This document shows, in pieces, positions 27,830 to 41,200 of a stretch of 64,000 nucleotides of DNA (positions within the stretch are counted from its first letter, which is position 1; every line of letters starts with the position of its first letter). The translations under genes and the position numbers were made by a program. Source of the DNA: Octopus vulgaris (lineage: Eukaryota); NCBI GenBank assembly GCA_951406725.2, contig OX597837.1, positions 11,470,001 to 11,534,000 on the forward strand, given 5' to 3'. The notes under the pieces were generated by a model. It saw only the letters and a program-made list of their open reading frames with translations. It searched no databases and was not told the DNA's origin.

Positions 27830-28085
27830 TAATTTTGGCACAAGGTCAGCAATTCTGAGGTGAGGGTAGTACAGTCGACAACATCGACCCCAGTGCTCAA
27901 CTGGTACTTATTATATCAACTCCGAAGGAATGAAAAGTAGAGTCTTCCATGGAGGAATTTGAACTCAGAACGTGAAGCCGGACAAATGTTGCTAAGCATT
28001 TTTTGTCCGGCGAAAGGTAGACAACCGAAAGAAGAGCTTTCTAAGTCTTTTCTCCAATATGCAGACGATTCTACTAGCTCTCCGC
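27830..28085 (-). mobile_element. SINE family B, diverged
   Basis: atcgaccccagtg...ctggtactta...gaatttgaactcagaacgt...gctaagcattt. Confidence 0.7.
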
Positions 28086-28508
28086 CTGAGAGCCAATGGT
28101 TGAGACAAAGGTGAAGACACTTTCTTTAAGCATAGTGTAACTCGAAATACTACAAAGATGCCGGTTTAGCTTATGATCTCCAGTAAGACTACGTTTTGCA
28201 ATGATCTTTCAACTAATTTCAGTGAAAAACACTTGAAGTCGTTGACCTTTAGTCACAAGAAGATTGCTTCTCATATAGTCAGCTGTATGCAGGATGCTCC
28301 AGGCTAGGAACAACGAACAATTTTTTATGTATTTATATATATATTTATGTTTACTCTCCTCTGGTAAGAAACTTGCTATGTTAGATATAAAGACGAATTA
28401 TAATTTCTAATTATTAAATTTTGTAAAGTTCTCCCTTTGCAGCTTCGGCCAAATGTTGAGAAATATATTTACTACATTTCAATTTACTTATCTGACTTTC
28501 TATCAGTA

Positions 28509-28604
<96 letters not shown>

Positions 28605-28605
<1 letters not shown>

Positions 28606-28847
28606 GAGGCGCAAAGGCCTAGTGGTTAGTGAGTGTTTATTGAGCGAAAACACCTAAAAGCTCCACGAGGCTCCGGCAGGGGGTGGTGATCCCTGCTGTA
28701 CTCTTTCGCCACTCTTTCTCCCACTCTTTATTCTGTCGGCCTGCTCGCTTAGCCAGCAGGGTGGCGTCATTCGAAGGCTAAAACAATGCGAATGCATTGT
28801 GACCAGCGATGTGTAACTACATCTGATGGTCTGGTCGGTCACGTGAT

Positions 28848-28854
<7 letters not shown>
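28605..28854 (+). mobile_element. SINE family D with the B-box region deleted
   Basis: Homologous to 56801-57108. Confidence 0.8.
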
Positions 28855-28899
<45 letters not shown>

Positions 28900-28905
<6 letters not shown>

Positions 28906-29100
28906 ACACAAAGAGAAAAGCACAACAACGCGAGGACGTGGAACAAGTATAGAGTTATTGGACGCTCAGGAAAGGAAAGAAAGAAGGAGGATTTAACATT
29001 TCGAGCGGAGATCTTCATCAGAAACATAGGAAAAGGAAAGATAGAAGGAAGGGAAGACGGAGAAAGAAAATCGCCAACGATACACACGCGGTGACATATT
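28900..29100 (-). mobile_element. Penelope-like pLTR fragment (family P2) with minimal hammerhead at 28992-29025
   Basis: gttt-CTGATGA-a-gatctccgctc-GAAAT-GTT-aaa; inverted relative to 29570-29765. Confidence 0.7.
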
Positions 29101-29176
29101 GAATATATATATATATAGATGTCTGGGTGTATGTGGGTCTACGTGAAATACTATGTATATGTGTATGTATATATAT

Positions 29177-29438
29177 ACATATATATAAAGCGAGGAGCAG
29201 CGTGGCAGTCGCCAGATCAGAAATGCTTCATTAACAGCTTCAGTACACTCCCACCTGAGTCAGTCACAGAGCGTTATTCGTCGTACAAAGGATGCTACAG
29301 CAGCTGCTGCTGTGCGAGCTGCTGCAGAGACTGTAAAAATCTGTAGGTTCGACAGTGCTCGTTGTTAGACTAGAAAATAAGTGTTCTTAGAATGACGAAG
29401 CGTTCATACCCCGAGCAACGCCGGGTACCTATGTTAAT
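29177..29438 (+). mobile_element. Degenerate non-autonomous Helitron-like element
   Basis: 3' hairpin cccgagcaacgccggg is nearly identical to that of 13225-13519; terminal TC and CTAG are decayed. Confidence 0.5.
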
Positions 29439-29496
29439 GTGTGCGTGTGTGTGTGTGTGTGTGCATATATATATATGTGTGTGTGTGTGTGCGTGC

Positions 29497-29569
<73 letters not shown>

Positions 29570-29572
<3 letters not shown>

Positions 29573-29763
29573 CCGCGTGTGTACCGTTGGCGATTTTTTT
29601 CCTCTGTCTTCCCTTCCTTGGATCTTTCCTTTTTCTAAGTTTCCGACGAAGAGCTCCGCTCGAAACGTTAAACCCTCCTTCTTTCCTGAGCGTCTAATAA
29701 TTCTATATTTGTTCCACGTCCTCGCGTTGTTGTGGGTTTTTTTGTGCTTTCATATTTGGATTA

Positions 29764-29765
<2 letters not shown>
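29570..29765 (+). mobile_element. Penelope-like pLTR fragment (family P2) with minimal hammerhead-like motif at 29639-29673
   Basis: gttt-CCGACGA-a-gagc-tcc-gctc-GAAAC-GTT-aaac. Confidence 0.7.
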
Positions 29766-29813
<48 letters not shown>

Positions 29814-29849
29814 CATGTACACATACATATACATGCGAAGAGAGAAAAC

Positions 29850-29893
<44 letters not shown>

Positions 29894-29906
29894 GGATGGA
29901 TGGATG

Positions 29907-29988
<82 letters not shown>

Positions 29989-30044
29989 CAAATGAATAGA
30001 TAGATAGATAGACAAACAGACAGAAGACAGACAGACAGACAGAC

Positions 30045-30103
<59 letters not shown>

Positions 30104-30109
30104 CAATGA

Positions 30110-30247
<138 letters not shown>

Positions 30248-30254
30248 CAAATGA

Positions 30255-30320
<66 letters not shown>

Positions 30321-30832
30321 GGATGGATGGATGGATGGATGTTTTTGCATACATGTGTGTGTGAATGAGTGTGTGTGTTTGCATGCGTGAACGTATGTAT
30401 GTAAGCATACACAAGTTCATACGCATGCACTTACTCGTTCTTAAAGACATACATACAAGCCCACGCAAAAACACAAACACACACACACGTGCACACACAT
30501 ACACACATACACACACACACACATCTGCACAGGCGAATGCATACGCAGGGACACAATGGCACAATCTGCAGCTGTTAGTCAATAATAAATACATAAACTT
30601 GTAACATCAGCTACAACAACAACAACAACAACAGCAACGAAGACATAAAAATGTGAATAATGTAAAGTTACTGAAAGCTAGAACAGGATTGAATAAATTA
30701 TGCAAGATTTATAACTTACGATTCTGGGCGCCAAGTGGGACAGGAATCACAGATGGAAAAATCGATGTTGGAAGCTATGCCAATAAACGATAACAATATT
30801 ATTATTATTATTATCATTATTATTATTATTAT

Positions 30833-30980
30833 TATATAAAGGATTGAGGTAACTCCTCCTGAAGATATAGAGTCAAAATTAAAAGAAGAGATGTCGAAAT
30901 ATCGTTCACTAGATATCACTGGCACTCTTCTTTTAATTTTGACTCTATATCTTCATGTGGAGTTACCTCAATCCTTTATA

Positions 30981-30982
<2 letters not shown>
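30833..30982. repeat. 150-bp fold-back palindrome inserted in (TTA)n
   Basis: tatataaaggattgaggtaactcc...tgaagatatagagtcaaaattaaaagaagag pairs with ctcttcttttaatttttgactctatatcttca...ggagttacctcaatcctttatata. Confidence 0.9.
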
Positions 30983-31025
<43 letters not shown>

Positions 31026-31047
31026 GATTATTATTATTATTATTATT

Positions 31048-31607
31048 CAGTAGTTTTATTTTTATAGCGTGCTTTCACTTCACTACCGAGCGCAGCTCTG
31101 TGTGCCTTGGGTATGTGCTGTGATTTGTTGTGATGCTCTGATGGTTATTGTATGGAAAGTGTTCTGCGTAGGATGTGTGCAGTGCCCAGTAGTGCAATTT
31201 TCTGTATGTTATATGTGTTTGTAAGTCCTGGTGTTTTTGTTATGTATTTGTCTGAATATTTTTTTATCATGCCTAATGCACCTACTATGATAGGAATTGT
31301 TTCTGTTTTCAGGTTCCACATTCTAGTTACCTCTATTTCCAGGTCTTTGTATTTTGAAAGTTTCTCCATTTCTTTTAGAGACACGTTGTCATCTGCCGGT
31401 ATTGATACATCAATTAGAAAGCATGAAAGCATTTTTTTTCTTCATGATCTCTGACAACTATATCTGGTCTGTTAGCCTTAACAACTCTATCTGTGTGTAT
31501 CGGCATATCCCAGAGTATGGTTGCTTTCTCGTTTTCTGTGACCTTTTCTTGCGTGTGCCTATACCATCTTTTTTCTGTTGTTATTCCATAATGTTGGCAT
31601 AGCTTCC
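31048..31607 (-). mobile_element. R4/Dong-like LINE 3' end (RLE endonuclease) in a (TAA)n site
   Basis: RPDIVVRD...CFLIDVSIPADDNVSLKEMEKLSKYKDLEIEVTRMWNLKTETIPIIVGALG...QKIALLGTAHILRRTL; (TAA)n on both sides. Confidence 0.9.
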
Positions 31608-31630
31608 AGTATTATTATTATTATTATTAT

Positions 31631-31930
31631 ATGTTTGACTTTTGCTTTATATATGTACAAGTTGGCTCCAAGTCTCACCCAGATACCTCAAGAGACAACA
31701 GGTTGGAATTTCATGTTGGTGTTATGCCTAGGGTGCCATATATTTGGTTTTGTATCTAGTGTTGTACTAGTGAATGTCTAAAAAAAACATACGAAAATTA
31801 TGTTTGTTTTAAAACTTGAGATTACATAGAAAGTATTTTGCGTAGGATATGAGCAGTTCCCATGAGCACTAGCTGATGAATTTCTCGTAGGATATGAGCA
31901 GTTCCCATCGTAGGATATGAGCATAGGATA
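31631..31930 (-). mobile_element. Second R4/Dong-like extreme 3' end with a reiterated 5' junction
   Basis: VLMGTAHILRKILSM*; taggatatgagca occurs three times; (TAA)n on both sides. Confidence 0.75.
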
Positions 31931-31977
31931 TTATTATTATTATTATTAATATTATTATTATTATTATTATTATTATT

Positions 31978-32185
31978 GAGTGAGAGAGCAGCGCATGCCA
32001 CCAAAGTGGCTCTGGGGTAAAATATACGAAGCCCAATATACCCATCATGACTACCCGTCTGATAAGGGTACACCAGGCATATGCATCACAACCATATGTG
32101 CGTGACATGGTGATCTCATATCAAGATAAACAGCGAATGACTTTGTAGGTTGGGGCCTAGTTAGAATTTTCTTCTGGTCGAGTAT
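31978..32185. mobile_element. Family U fragment abutting (TTA)n
   Basis: Homologous to 46022-46226. Confidence 0.8.
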
Positions 32186-32446
32186 CATTTAACCTCTCTA
32201 CGTCAGATCTTTTCCAGGTCTCTCTCAGACTGTCAGACGTGAGGCACACTTGGAGTAATGATGATGACAGCCTTGAAACAGACGAAGGGCAGAGAGGATA
32301 TGTTATTGATAAGGTCGCGAAATGCGATGAAAGGACTTCGACAAACATAGCTGATTCATGGATTGACCGAACGATAAAGCAAACAATCAAGGAATTAATT
32401 AGTTAAATAATTAACTAATTGCCTAATAATATTAAAAGAAATGAAT

Positions 32447-32655
32447 GCGATGAGCTGGCAGAATCGTTAGCATTCTGGACAAAATGCTTAGCGACATTTC
32501 GTCCGTCCTTATGTACTGAGTTCAAAGTCGACTTTACCTGTCATCTTTTGGGTGTCGATATAATGAATACCAGTTGAACACTGGGGTCAATGTAAATGAA
32601 TTACCTCTTCCCCCCAAATTGCTGACCCTGAGCCAGAATTTGAAACTAATATTAA
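32447..32655 (+). mobile_element. SINE family B, diverged
   Basis: gagctggcagaatcgttagca...aaatgcttagcg...gagttcaaa. Confidence 0.75.
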
Positions 32656-33269
32656 AAACAGTGAAACAGAACCAGTGCGTGTGTTTATTATGTGCATAAT
32701 AACCCTCCCAATATACAATAACGATATCCGGTCTATGTTTTTAATTGATTGTCTGGATGTCAAGATTCTGCAGTCCAGGTTCACTTAGAGCCTTTTCTGA
32801 TACAAAATTGTCGGAAGAACTGTAGGCATTTATTCTACAAAGAGTCTAATGCAAACTGATCTTATCACGACGTCGTTTGTATTCTTTTTGAACTCACATT
32901 TTGCAGCCTGCAATCGAATGACCAATATCTTCCAAGAGCTGAGAGGGTAGGCGACACTTGTTCGTTAAAACGGTGAAATAAGTAATACTGCATCGATGTT
33001 TCGAGCTTGGTATTGAGCAGACACCAAACAAACTCATCGTTTCTCTCTTTAAATCTCTTCTCCGGAGCTATTTCCTCGACCGGTGATGTTTCTTTTTCGT
33101 CTATCCTTGGTATCTCTGTGGAAATTTCTATGCAGCTTCACTTCTTCTGGCACCGCTCTTTCCTTTCTTTTACAAACCATCCTACATTTGCATGCGTTCA
33201 TCTCTTCAAGTTCAACACAAGTAAGTCTTAATTCCATAACAGTATATTTTAAGTAGTTAATTCTTCACA

Positions 33270-33720
33270 AGCTTACTGCTTCACTGACCTTTGTTCTCCA
33301 TTCACACAATCACAAATGCTAGGTTCTCTCCTTCCAGTCTTCCATTTCCTGTACAATCGTCTGACATTTATCTTTAGATGAAATGCTTGATGCACACTTA
33401 CTTGATGCACAGTCACTGGTCTCCTCATCTTTCGGTCTAATGCATTTATTTCATCTTTCGTCCAACGGCCACCCCCTACATCGTGATTATTTTTATAGAA
33501 TTCTTTCAAATATGTTTACGCTTAAGTTATCAACTTAATCTTTTCATATATACACTTTCCATTTTTTTCTCTTTCATTTTCTCATACACGGTATCAAGTT
33601 CCAGTATTTCTAGATACTTTCATTCATGGCCATCAGATTATAAAATGTGTTCTTCCTATAAGATTACTCCATTAAAATGGGAAAACTTTTCACTCTTCTT
33701 GGTTAAAAATCGCCCATTTT
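33270..33720 (-). pseudogene. Highly decayed R4-like RT thumb fragment
   Basis: KYLEILELD...WTKDEINALDRKMRR...AFHLKINVRRLY. Confidence 0.6.
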
Positions 33721-33974
33721 AATATACCTCTTTCCATTCCAATATTACTATAAGTCACTTTTATTCTATTAATCACGTATTTGATCACTTATTCGGGTTT
33801 TGCAAACGTTTATGGCATCCATAAAGAACAAATAACGTAAAATGGTGAGCGATGTTTTGGCACTGCCGTTTTGACGCATGACTTTTTGCCTCGACTTTTT
33901 GGCCACGCAGATTTAATGTTGACTTAGTTGACAACAGACATTTCGATGTCTCTCTCGTATTTTCCCCTCTCACT

Positions 33975-34029
<55 letters not shown>

Positions 34030-34034
34030 CTTTT

Positions 34035-34071
<37 letters not shown>

Positions 34072-35433
34072 GGTGTTTATATGTGTGAGCATCTCACGCT
34101 TTGTGCATGAGAAAAGAGGAAAGTATTTATTTCCTTTGTGTTCACTTAATTGCAGTGATTTTTTCTTCCCCTTCTTCCTCCCTCAGTTTTTTTTATGTGT
34201 GTATGTTTCTGCGCGTACATGTGGATGCAGACCCAAAAGTGCCGCTCGGGGCGGACTGCCCTTACCACCCTCCCCTAACTACGCTAGTGTGTTGTGGTTA
34301 CTATGGTTGACGTCTTGCTTTCATCGGTTGAGGCTTGGGGATGTGGCTTGGAGGTCTCATGGTTCGTTTTTTTTTTAATAAAGACGTGATCCTTTCCTTT
34401 GCCGACATACGTGTGGTGTCCTCATCGTTGTTTCTAACATTTTTTTGCTGGTGCTTGTCCTTTATTTTCGGTGGGGCCCAGTCTTTTAACTCTTTTTATT
34501 TATTGCGTCCTCTCTGGTAGCTTGGAGTATCCGTACGGTTACTGTCAATTCCCTCTTATCACAAGACTATGGAGTGACGCTGCTGGTTATTGTAGGGTAA
34601 CAGAGAGAGATTAATTAACGGTTTCTGAATCTGGTGCAACACACTGGACGCTTCCGCCATCTCCAAAATTGTCAACTTTTGCGTGTTAGAGATTGGTATC
34701 TGTTGCTGATCTTTGCTGCCTCTATCGCTCTTCACTATTTCTTTCCTTTCAACAAATCCACTTCGTCAAGGCAAAATGCCTTCAGCTATCCCTTGCTTCT
34801 ACATGTGTAGTAGCTAGGACCTTTCTCTCGTCCACGAATACCGTGCCCTTAATGTTTCTCTGCTTCCAATATTCTACATTTCTGATATGGCCTTGTGTTT
34901 TTCAAAGGTCATTAGTCCATTCTGATTTCGTTGGCTATCATGCTACCCTTTGTCACCCCTGCACTGAGTATCTGGTCATACGACAATACAAAAGTCACAG
35001 CAATCTAGGCATGAATATTGTAACCAATATTCGTGGCCTTTGACATTTTGTATCTGTCCTCAAATATGTATCGCTACCTTCTACCATACATCATATTGCT
35101 ACCTGTCTTATTCCTCTGACATCTTGTGTGTGATATCCAAGAATATTTTATAGAATAGCAGCTAAAATGTTTTAAATAAGCATCATTATGTAATATACAT
35201 GTCTTCAGTAAATTCTATTCAAACTTTATTTTTAAAAATCAGTTATAGTAAAACCTCTCAAAGAAAATGAATGATATATCTTTGGATTATTAGGAGAATG
35301 TCTGGTGTTTCACAATAAAATAGTTGTTTACAAACCATACCATTTTCTTTTATTGATAAGTTATTGAGGAACAATCAGTACCAGTGCACAGAAATACGGA
35401 ATGGTAATATTCCAGCCTCTATCTGGGTTACAG

Positions 35434-35656
35434 TTTACTCTTTTACTCTTTTACTTGTTTCAGTCATTTGACTGCAGCCATGCTGGAGCACCGCCTTTAA
35501 TCGAGCAACTCGACCCCGGGACTTATTCTTTTGTAAGCCCAGTACTTATTCTATCGGTCTCTTTTACCGAACCGCTAAGTTACGGGGACATAAACACACC
35601 AGCATTGGTTGTCAAGCAATGCTAGGGGGACAAACACAGACACACAAACACACACA

Positions 35657-35721
<65 letters not shown>

Positions 35722-35883
35722 GACGGGCTTCTTTCAGTTTCCGTCTACCAAATCCACTCACAAGGCTTTGGTCGGCCCGAGGCTATAGTAGAAGACACTT
35801 GCCCAAGGTGCTACGCAATGGGACTGAACCCGGAACCATGTGGTTGGTAAGCAAGCTACTTACCACACAGCCACTCCTGCGCC
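35434..35883 (-). mobile_element. SINE family A, full length
   Basis: tRNA-like head GGCGCAGGAGTGGCTGTGTGG...GGTTCAGTCCC, internal microsatellite, (TAAAAGAG)n tail. Confidence 0.92.
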
Positions 35884-36542
35884 TATGAGTTTATGTATCC
35901 AATATGATGCAAACGAAACCATACTTTCTGTCGCGATTCAAAAGAGACCATTTCTCCCAAGACACATGACGTTGGCTTCTTTCAGTTATTCTTTCAACGA
36001 AATCTGAAAGCCTGCATTTTTTGCGAGACACATATTTTCTCTTATCCGTTTCATTCATTTGAAACAATGACAAGCGCCATTTTCATCTTTTACACAATCG
36101 TCAAACAAAGACAAGCTGCTTTAACAAATACATATTGCCTGTATTGATTCCTTTTCAGGATAAAGTTTCATATTCCAACGTTCAGTATTGTATTAAAAAT
36201 TAAGCGAGTGTTGTTATTGTGCGAAACAGCAAAAATATTTTCATTTGACAAAGCTTACGTGAACGCGACAGTACTGCTGTTGTTGTTATTATTCTTGACA
36301 ACATTTTCCACTGGTTCTTAGAATATTAATATTACAGATCAACATTGATATTTTTTCTGTGTAATTAAATTATTATTCTCTGGTGTTTGAATTTTCTTTT
36401 CTTTTTTTTTTGGTTGTTTTGTTCTCTGTTTCTGAAAAGTGTTAATCTATTCTTTATCAATGTCCTTTGTGGATGTTGGAGCCGTGGCCTGGAATGTTCG
36501 AAGCCATTTCTCTGTGTTGGCAACGTGAACAAAATAATCACA

Positions 36543-36597
<55 letters not shown>

Positions 36598-36625
36598 GTG
36601 TGTGTAAGTAATATATATGTATATA

Positions 36626-36657
<32 letters not shown>

Positions 36658-36675
36658 CATACATATATATATATT

Positions 36676-36712
<37 letters not shown>

Positions 36713-36777
36713 GTATATGTATATATATAAATATATACATATATATATACATATAGATATGTATATATATACATATG

Positions 36778-36817
<40 letters not shown>

Positions 36818-36867
36818 TATATGTATATATATACATATATATATATTTGTCAACACGTTAGAGTAGA

Positions 36868-36906
<39 letters not shown>

Positions 36907-37117
36907 CACTACTGGTAGTAGTAATAATAAGACAACAGAATCATGCATTCACAGTACTTCCAGAGAGATTTTCTTAATGACTTAAAACAGAATGACACGA
37001 ACATCTTGGAAGGAAATATTCGTATTGTGTTAAGCACTTTCGCAGTTTACAGTTTCTTTTCTCAACACATATTATAGAGCAATATCAGGTGTGAGTGTAT
37101 GTGTGCGTGCATGCATA

Positions 37118-37201
<84 letters not shown>

Positions 37202-37358
37202 TACGGGTGTGTGTGATTGTGTATAGAAGAATATATTAATAAAAGGAATTCCAACCTTGTCTGATTTTCACGTTTTATTTACAATCTTATAATGATATAA
37301 GATAATATAATATAATAAAATAAAATAAAATAATAGAATGTTAAATGTTCATTCTGAT

Positions 37359-37403
37359 TGAACTAGTACTTTCATGCATTACATTCTGCAATCTTCAGGT
37401 TCA
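37359..37403 (-). ncRNA. Minimal type I hammerhead ribozyme in the Penelope pLTR
   Basis: tgaac-CTGAAGA-t-tgca-gaatgtaa-tgca-t-GAAA-gtac-TA-gttca: 5-bp stem I, palindromic AGTACT stem III. Confidence 0.8.
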
Positions 37404-37829
37404 TGTAGTAGTGGTGACAGTCATGCTTCACAATTTTTGACTGTAGCGAGATGATTGAATCTGTGCCTTAAATACAGCTGTGTAGGCTCCAGATTGCTAG
37501 GTTTTGCAAACTGTATTCTGACCAATCAGTGTGTAGTATCACTCAATTACTTAAGCTGATTGGTTGGTTGAGCTGATTGGTTTAAGCGTCACGCTTTGTT
37601 GGACATGTCAAGAGTCCTGTATCTTAACCCTGGCCGAGGCAGCAATTGTTGGGCTATTTTTAGAAATGTTGTAAATAGCCTTTGTCAGAGATTTTTATAT
37701 TTTTATATTTCAATTGTCATCATCATCATTGTCAGCACCTTAATTATTGTTGCTAGTGGTGGTGGTGGTGGTGGCAATAGAACTTTTAACCCTAAATAAG
37801 ATAATTTTCCTGCTATCTAAGTATTATTA

Positions 37830-38516
37830 TTATTGCTTATTTAGCTTGGGTTCGAATTTATCAATAAAATTCTTTTCTCTGATTTTCCTCTCGATTTCAC
37901 TTGGGCTGTGTAATTTGTAGAATGGAAATATTATATATATTTTCCGACCACATGTTGCTAGGTGGTTACTCAAAGGTATCTGACGGACCTCTGGGTCTCT
38001 AATCTGTTGTCGGTGTACACGTGAGCGTTCTGATAGTGCATTTCCCGTCTGACCTACATATATTTCTTCACAATTTGGGCATTTGATGCAGTAAATTAAA
38101 TTTCTGCTTTTGCAGTTCATATTCGCGTTTATGAATATTTTCCCGGTTTTTGTGTTTATATATTGGCCGGTATGTATGAATTGGCATGTGCCGCATCGGC
38201 TATCATTGCATTTAGATACAGTGAATGTTTGGTATTTGTTGCTAAGGTCAAATTTTGCCTTTGTTAGTAATTTTTTCAAGTTCTTAGGCTGTCTTTTACT
38301 AAGAACCATAGCTCGATCCGTGATTATGTCTTTTAATTCATTACTTTGGGCAATGATTGGTAGGTTTGCTTTGGCAATGTTGAAGATATTCTGGTGACAT
38401 GGGTTGTGTGTCACTATGAATGGTATGACTTGTTCTTGTTTTCCTCTTCCTTGGGTTGTCCTAAGTTGTTGTATGGGTAATTTTATAGCCCGCTGTATGC
38501 CATTTTCTATAAGTAG
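37830..38516 (-). CDS. Penelope-like ORF C-terminus (Cys-rich linker plus GIY-YIG endonuclease), truncated
   Basis: IPFIVTHNP...[10 protein letters not shown]...[36 protein letters not shown]...[13 protein letters not shown]. The upstream part of the predicted 329-aa ORF is only (TATC)n read-through. Confidence 0.88.
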   Translation of the reverse strand, partial: LLIENGIQRAIKLPIQQLRTTQGRGKQEQVIPFIVTHNPCHQNIFNIAKANLPIIAQSNELKDIITDRAMVLSKRQPKNLKKLLTKAKFDLSNKYQTFTVSKCNDSRCGTCQFIHTGQYINTKTGKIFINANMNCKSRNLIYCIKCPNCEEIYVGQTGNALSERSRVHRQQIRDPEVRQIPLSNHLATCGRKIYIIFPFYKLHSPSEIERKIREKNFIDKFEPKLNKQ

Positions 38517-38628
<112 letters not shown>

Positions 38629-38636
38629 TGATAGAG

Positions 38637-38704
<68 letters not shown>

Positions 38705-38902
38705 TGATTGATTGATAGAGAGATAGAGTAGAGGGAAAGACTCTTTCTCTCTCTGTTGTTTGTCTCGTCATTCGCCCACATCTTATCTTCGTATCCTTCT
38801 CTCCATTAAAATCCCTCATTCATGTTTTCATCCACTTATTCTTTCGTTCCGTTTGTTTATTCGTCTATTACGTCATACATATGTGTGTTTATGTATATGA
38901 TA

Positions 38903-38950
<48 letters not shown>

Positions 38951-39127
38951 TTATATTTTATACATGCACACAGGCATATATATATATATATACATATACG
39001 TGTATGTGTACATATTTACGTAAGTTTATTCATATATACGCTGAGATATATAAGTACATACACACACGTATATGTGTGTGTGTGTGTGCATACACATACG
39101 TATATACATATGCACACTCAAATGCAC

Positions 39128-39193
<66 letters not shown>

Positions 39194-39280
39194 ATACACA
39201 TACATACATAGACTCACCTATATTATTTATGCGTGTTTGAGTGTATATACATGTATATATATGTATACACGCACACACAC

Positions 39281-39345
<65 letters not shown>

Positions 39346-39479
39346 TTCTTTGACTCGTACAACTTTTACTGCGCGGCTGAGAACAGTTCACTCGATTGTA
39401 ATTTTGTGACAGGTAATCAATAAAAATGGAAAAAATTCCGAAAACTCTTAAGTATTTTCGTTACATAACGATTCAACTG

Positions 39480-40420
39480 CTTTGATACACTGTAATATCT
39501 TCTGCATGCTTCCATCACCTCTCCTCCACCATCCCTCCAACATGTCTCCACCATCCACCCGACATTTCTCCACCCTGAACCCATTATACCTCCAGCGCAT
39601 ATCTACCATTCTTCTAGTGCCACTCAACGACGCCTCCATCATTTCTCTACCAAACCTCCAGTATGTTTTCACCGTTATTTATCTTCTTCTATGTCCCCCA
39701 CTATATCTGCATCCTTACAAAATCTCCTCCGTACCTCCATGATACCGACATATCACTGCTACACCTCCACGATGCTACTGTCGTACCGCCAACGCACATC
39801 CACGACAACTCCGCCCTAACTCCAGCATGGCGCCACCACATCTTCACCATACGTCCGTCATACGTCTATCAGACTTCCCCCATGCCCACGCTTCACGTCC
39901 ATCATGCCTCCATTGTGCTTTAACCGTATTTCCACCTTTCAACTCCGTGGTTACAAATACCTCCTCCATACCACAACCACGCAGCCATTATACCTCCATC
40001 ATGTCTACCCCTCATCTTTATCACACCCCCACTACGTCATTCCTCCATTATGCTTTCACCGTATTTCCACGTTTCAACTCGATTACAAATACCTCCTCCA
40101 TACCTATTTCTTTATTACCCACAAGGGACTAAACACAGAGCGGACAAACAAGGACAGACATAGGTATTAAGTCCATTACATCGACCCCAGTGCGTAACTG
40201 GTACTTTATTTATCGACCCCGAAAGGATGAAAGGCAAAGTCGACCTCGGCGGAATTTGAACTCACAACGTAACGCAGACGAAATACCTCTAAGCATTTCG
40301 CCCGGCGTGCTAACGTTTCTGCCAGCTCGCCGCCATTATACCTCCATCATGTCTACCCCTCATCTTTATCATACCCCCACTATGTCATCATGCCTACCTC
40401 CACCCTACGATATTCTACTA
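39480..40420. repeat. Degenerate C-rich low-complexity repeat with a local duplication interrupted by SINE B (40105-40334, minus)
   Basis: ccgtatttccac..tttcaactc..ttacaaatacctcctccatacc and gccattatacctccatcatgtctacccctc each occur twice. Confidence 0.7.
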
Positions 40421-40542
40421 CATGAAACCATGTGGTTGGGAAGCAAGCTTCTTACCACACAGCCATATTTATATATGACATTTGTACCTTTTGGTTTTAT
40501 ATTGCGGACAGCCACATTAATAATTTATATGTATATATATAT

Positions 40543-40966
40543 TCTCTTTATCTCTTTTATCTCTTTTACTTGTTTCAGTCATTTGACTCCGGCCATGCTG
40601 GAGCACCGCCTTTAATCGAGCAACTGGACCCCGGGACTTATTCTTTTGTAAGCCCAGTTCTTATTCTATCGGTCTCTTTTGCCGAACCGCTAAGTAACGG
40701 GGACATAAAGACACCAGCATCGGTTGTCAAGCAATGCTAGGTGGACAAACACAGACACACAAACACACACACGCATATATATATATATATAAATACATAT
40801 ATATGACGGGCTTCTTTCAGTTTCCGTCTACCAAATCTACTCACAAGGCTTTGGTCGGCCCGAGGCTATAATAGAAGACACTTGCCCTAGTTGCAACGCA
40901 GTGGGACTGAACCCGGAACCATGTGGTTGGTAAGCATCCTACTTACCACACAGCCACTCCTGCACC
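40543..40966 (-). mobile_element. SINE family A, full length
   Basis: As 35434-35883. Confidence 0.92.
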
Positions 40967-40982
40967 TATATATATATATAGT

Positions 40983-41200
40983 GGAGGCGCGTGGCTTAGT
41001 GGTTATGGCGTCGGTGTCATGATCGTAAGATTGTGGTTTCCCCCCCTGGACCGGACAATGCGTTGTGTTCTTGAGCAAAACACTTCATTCCACGTTGCTG
41101 CAGTCCACTCAGCTGGCAAAAATGAATAACGCTGCGATGGACTGGCGTCCCGTCCAGCTGGGGAACACATACGCAATAGAAACCGGGAAACCGGGCGCAT
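40983..41200 (+). mobile_element. tRNA-derived SINE family C, full length (diverged relative at 41248-41500)
   Basis: A-box and B-box-like head; tgtgttcttgagcaaaacactt core; gaaaccgg tail repeats. Confidence 0.85.

Larger units (their letters stand above)
37205..38516 (-). mobile_element. 5'-truncated Penelope-like element (Neptune-type): GIY-YIG end plus pLTR
   Basis: ORF end followed by ~620 bp of pLTR containing a hammerhead; flanked by (GATA)n and (TA)n. Confidence 0.9.

Noticed and set aside
34560-35140. Possible decayed RTE-like LINE 3' end on the minus strand
   Set aside because: Resemblance too weak to support by eye.
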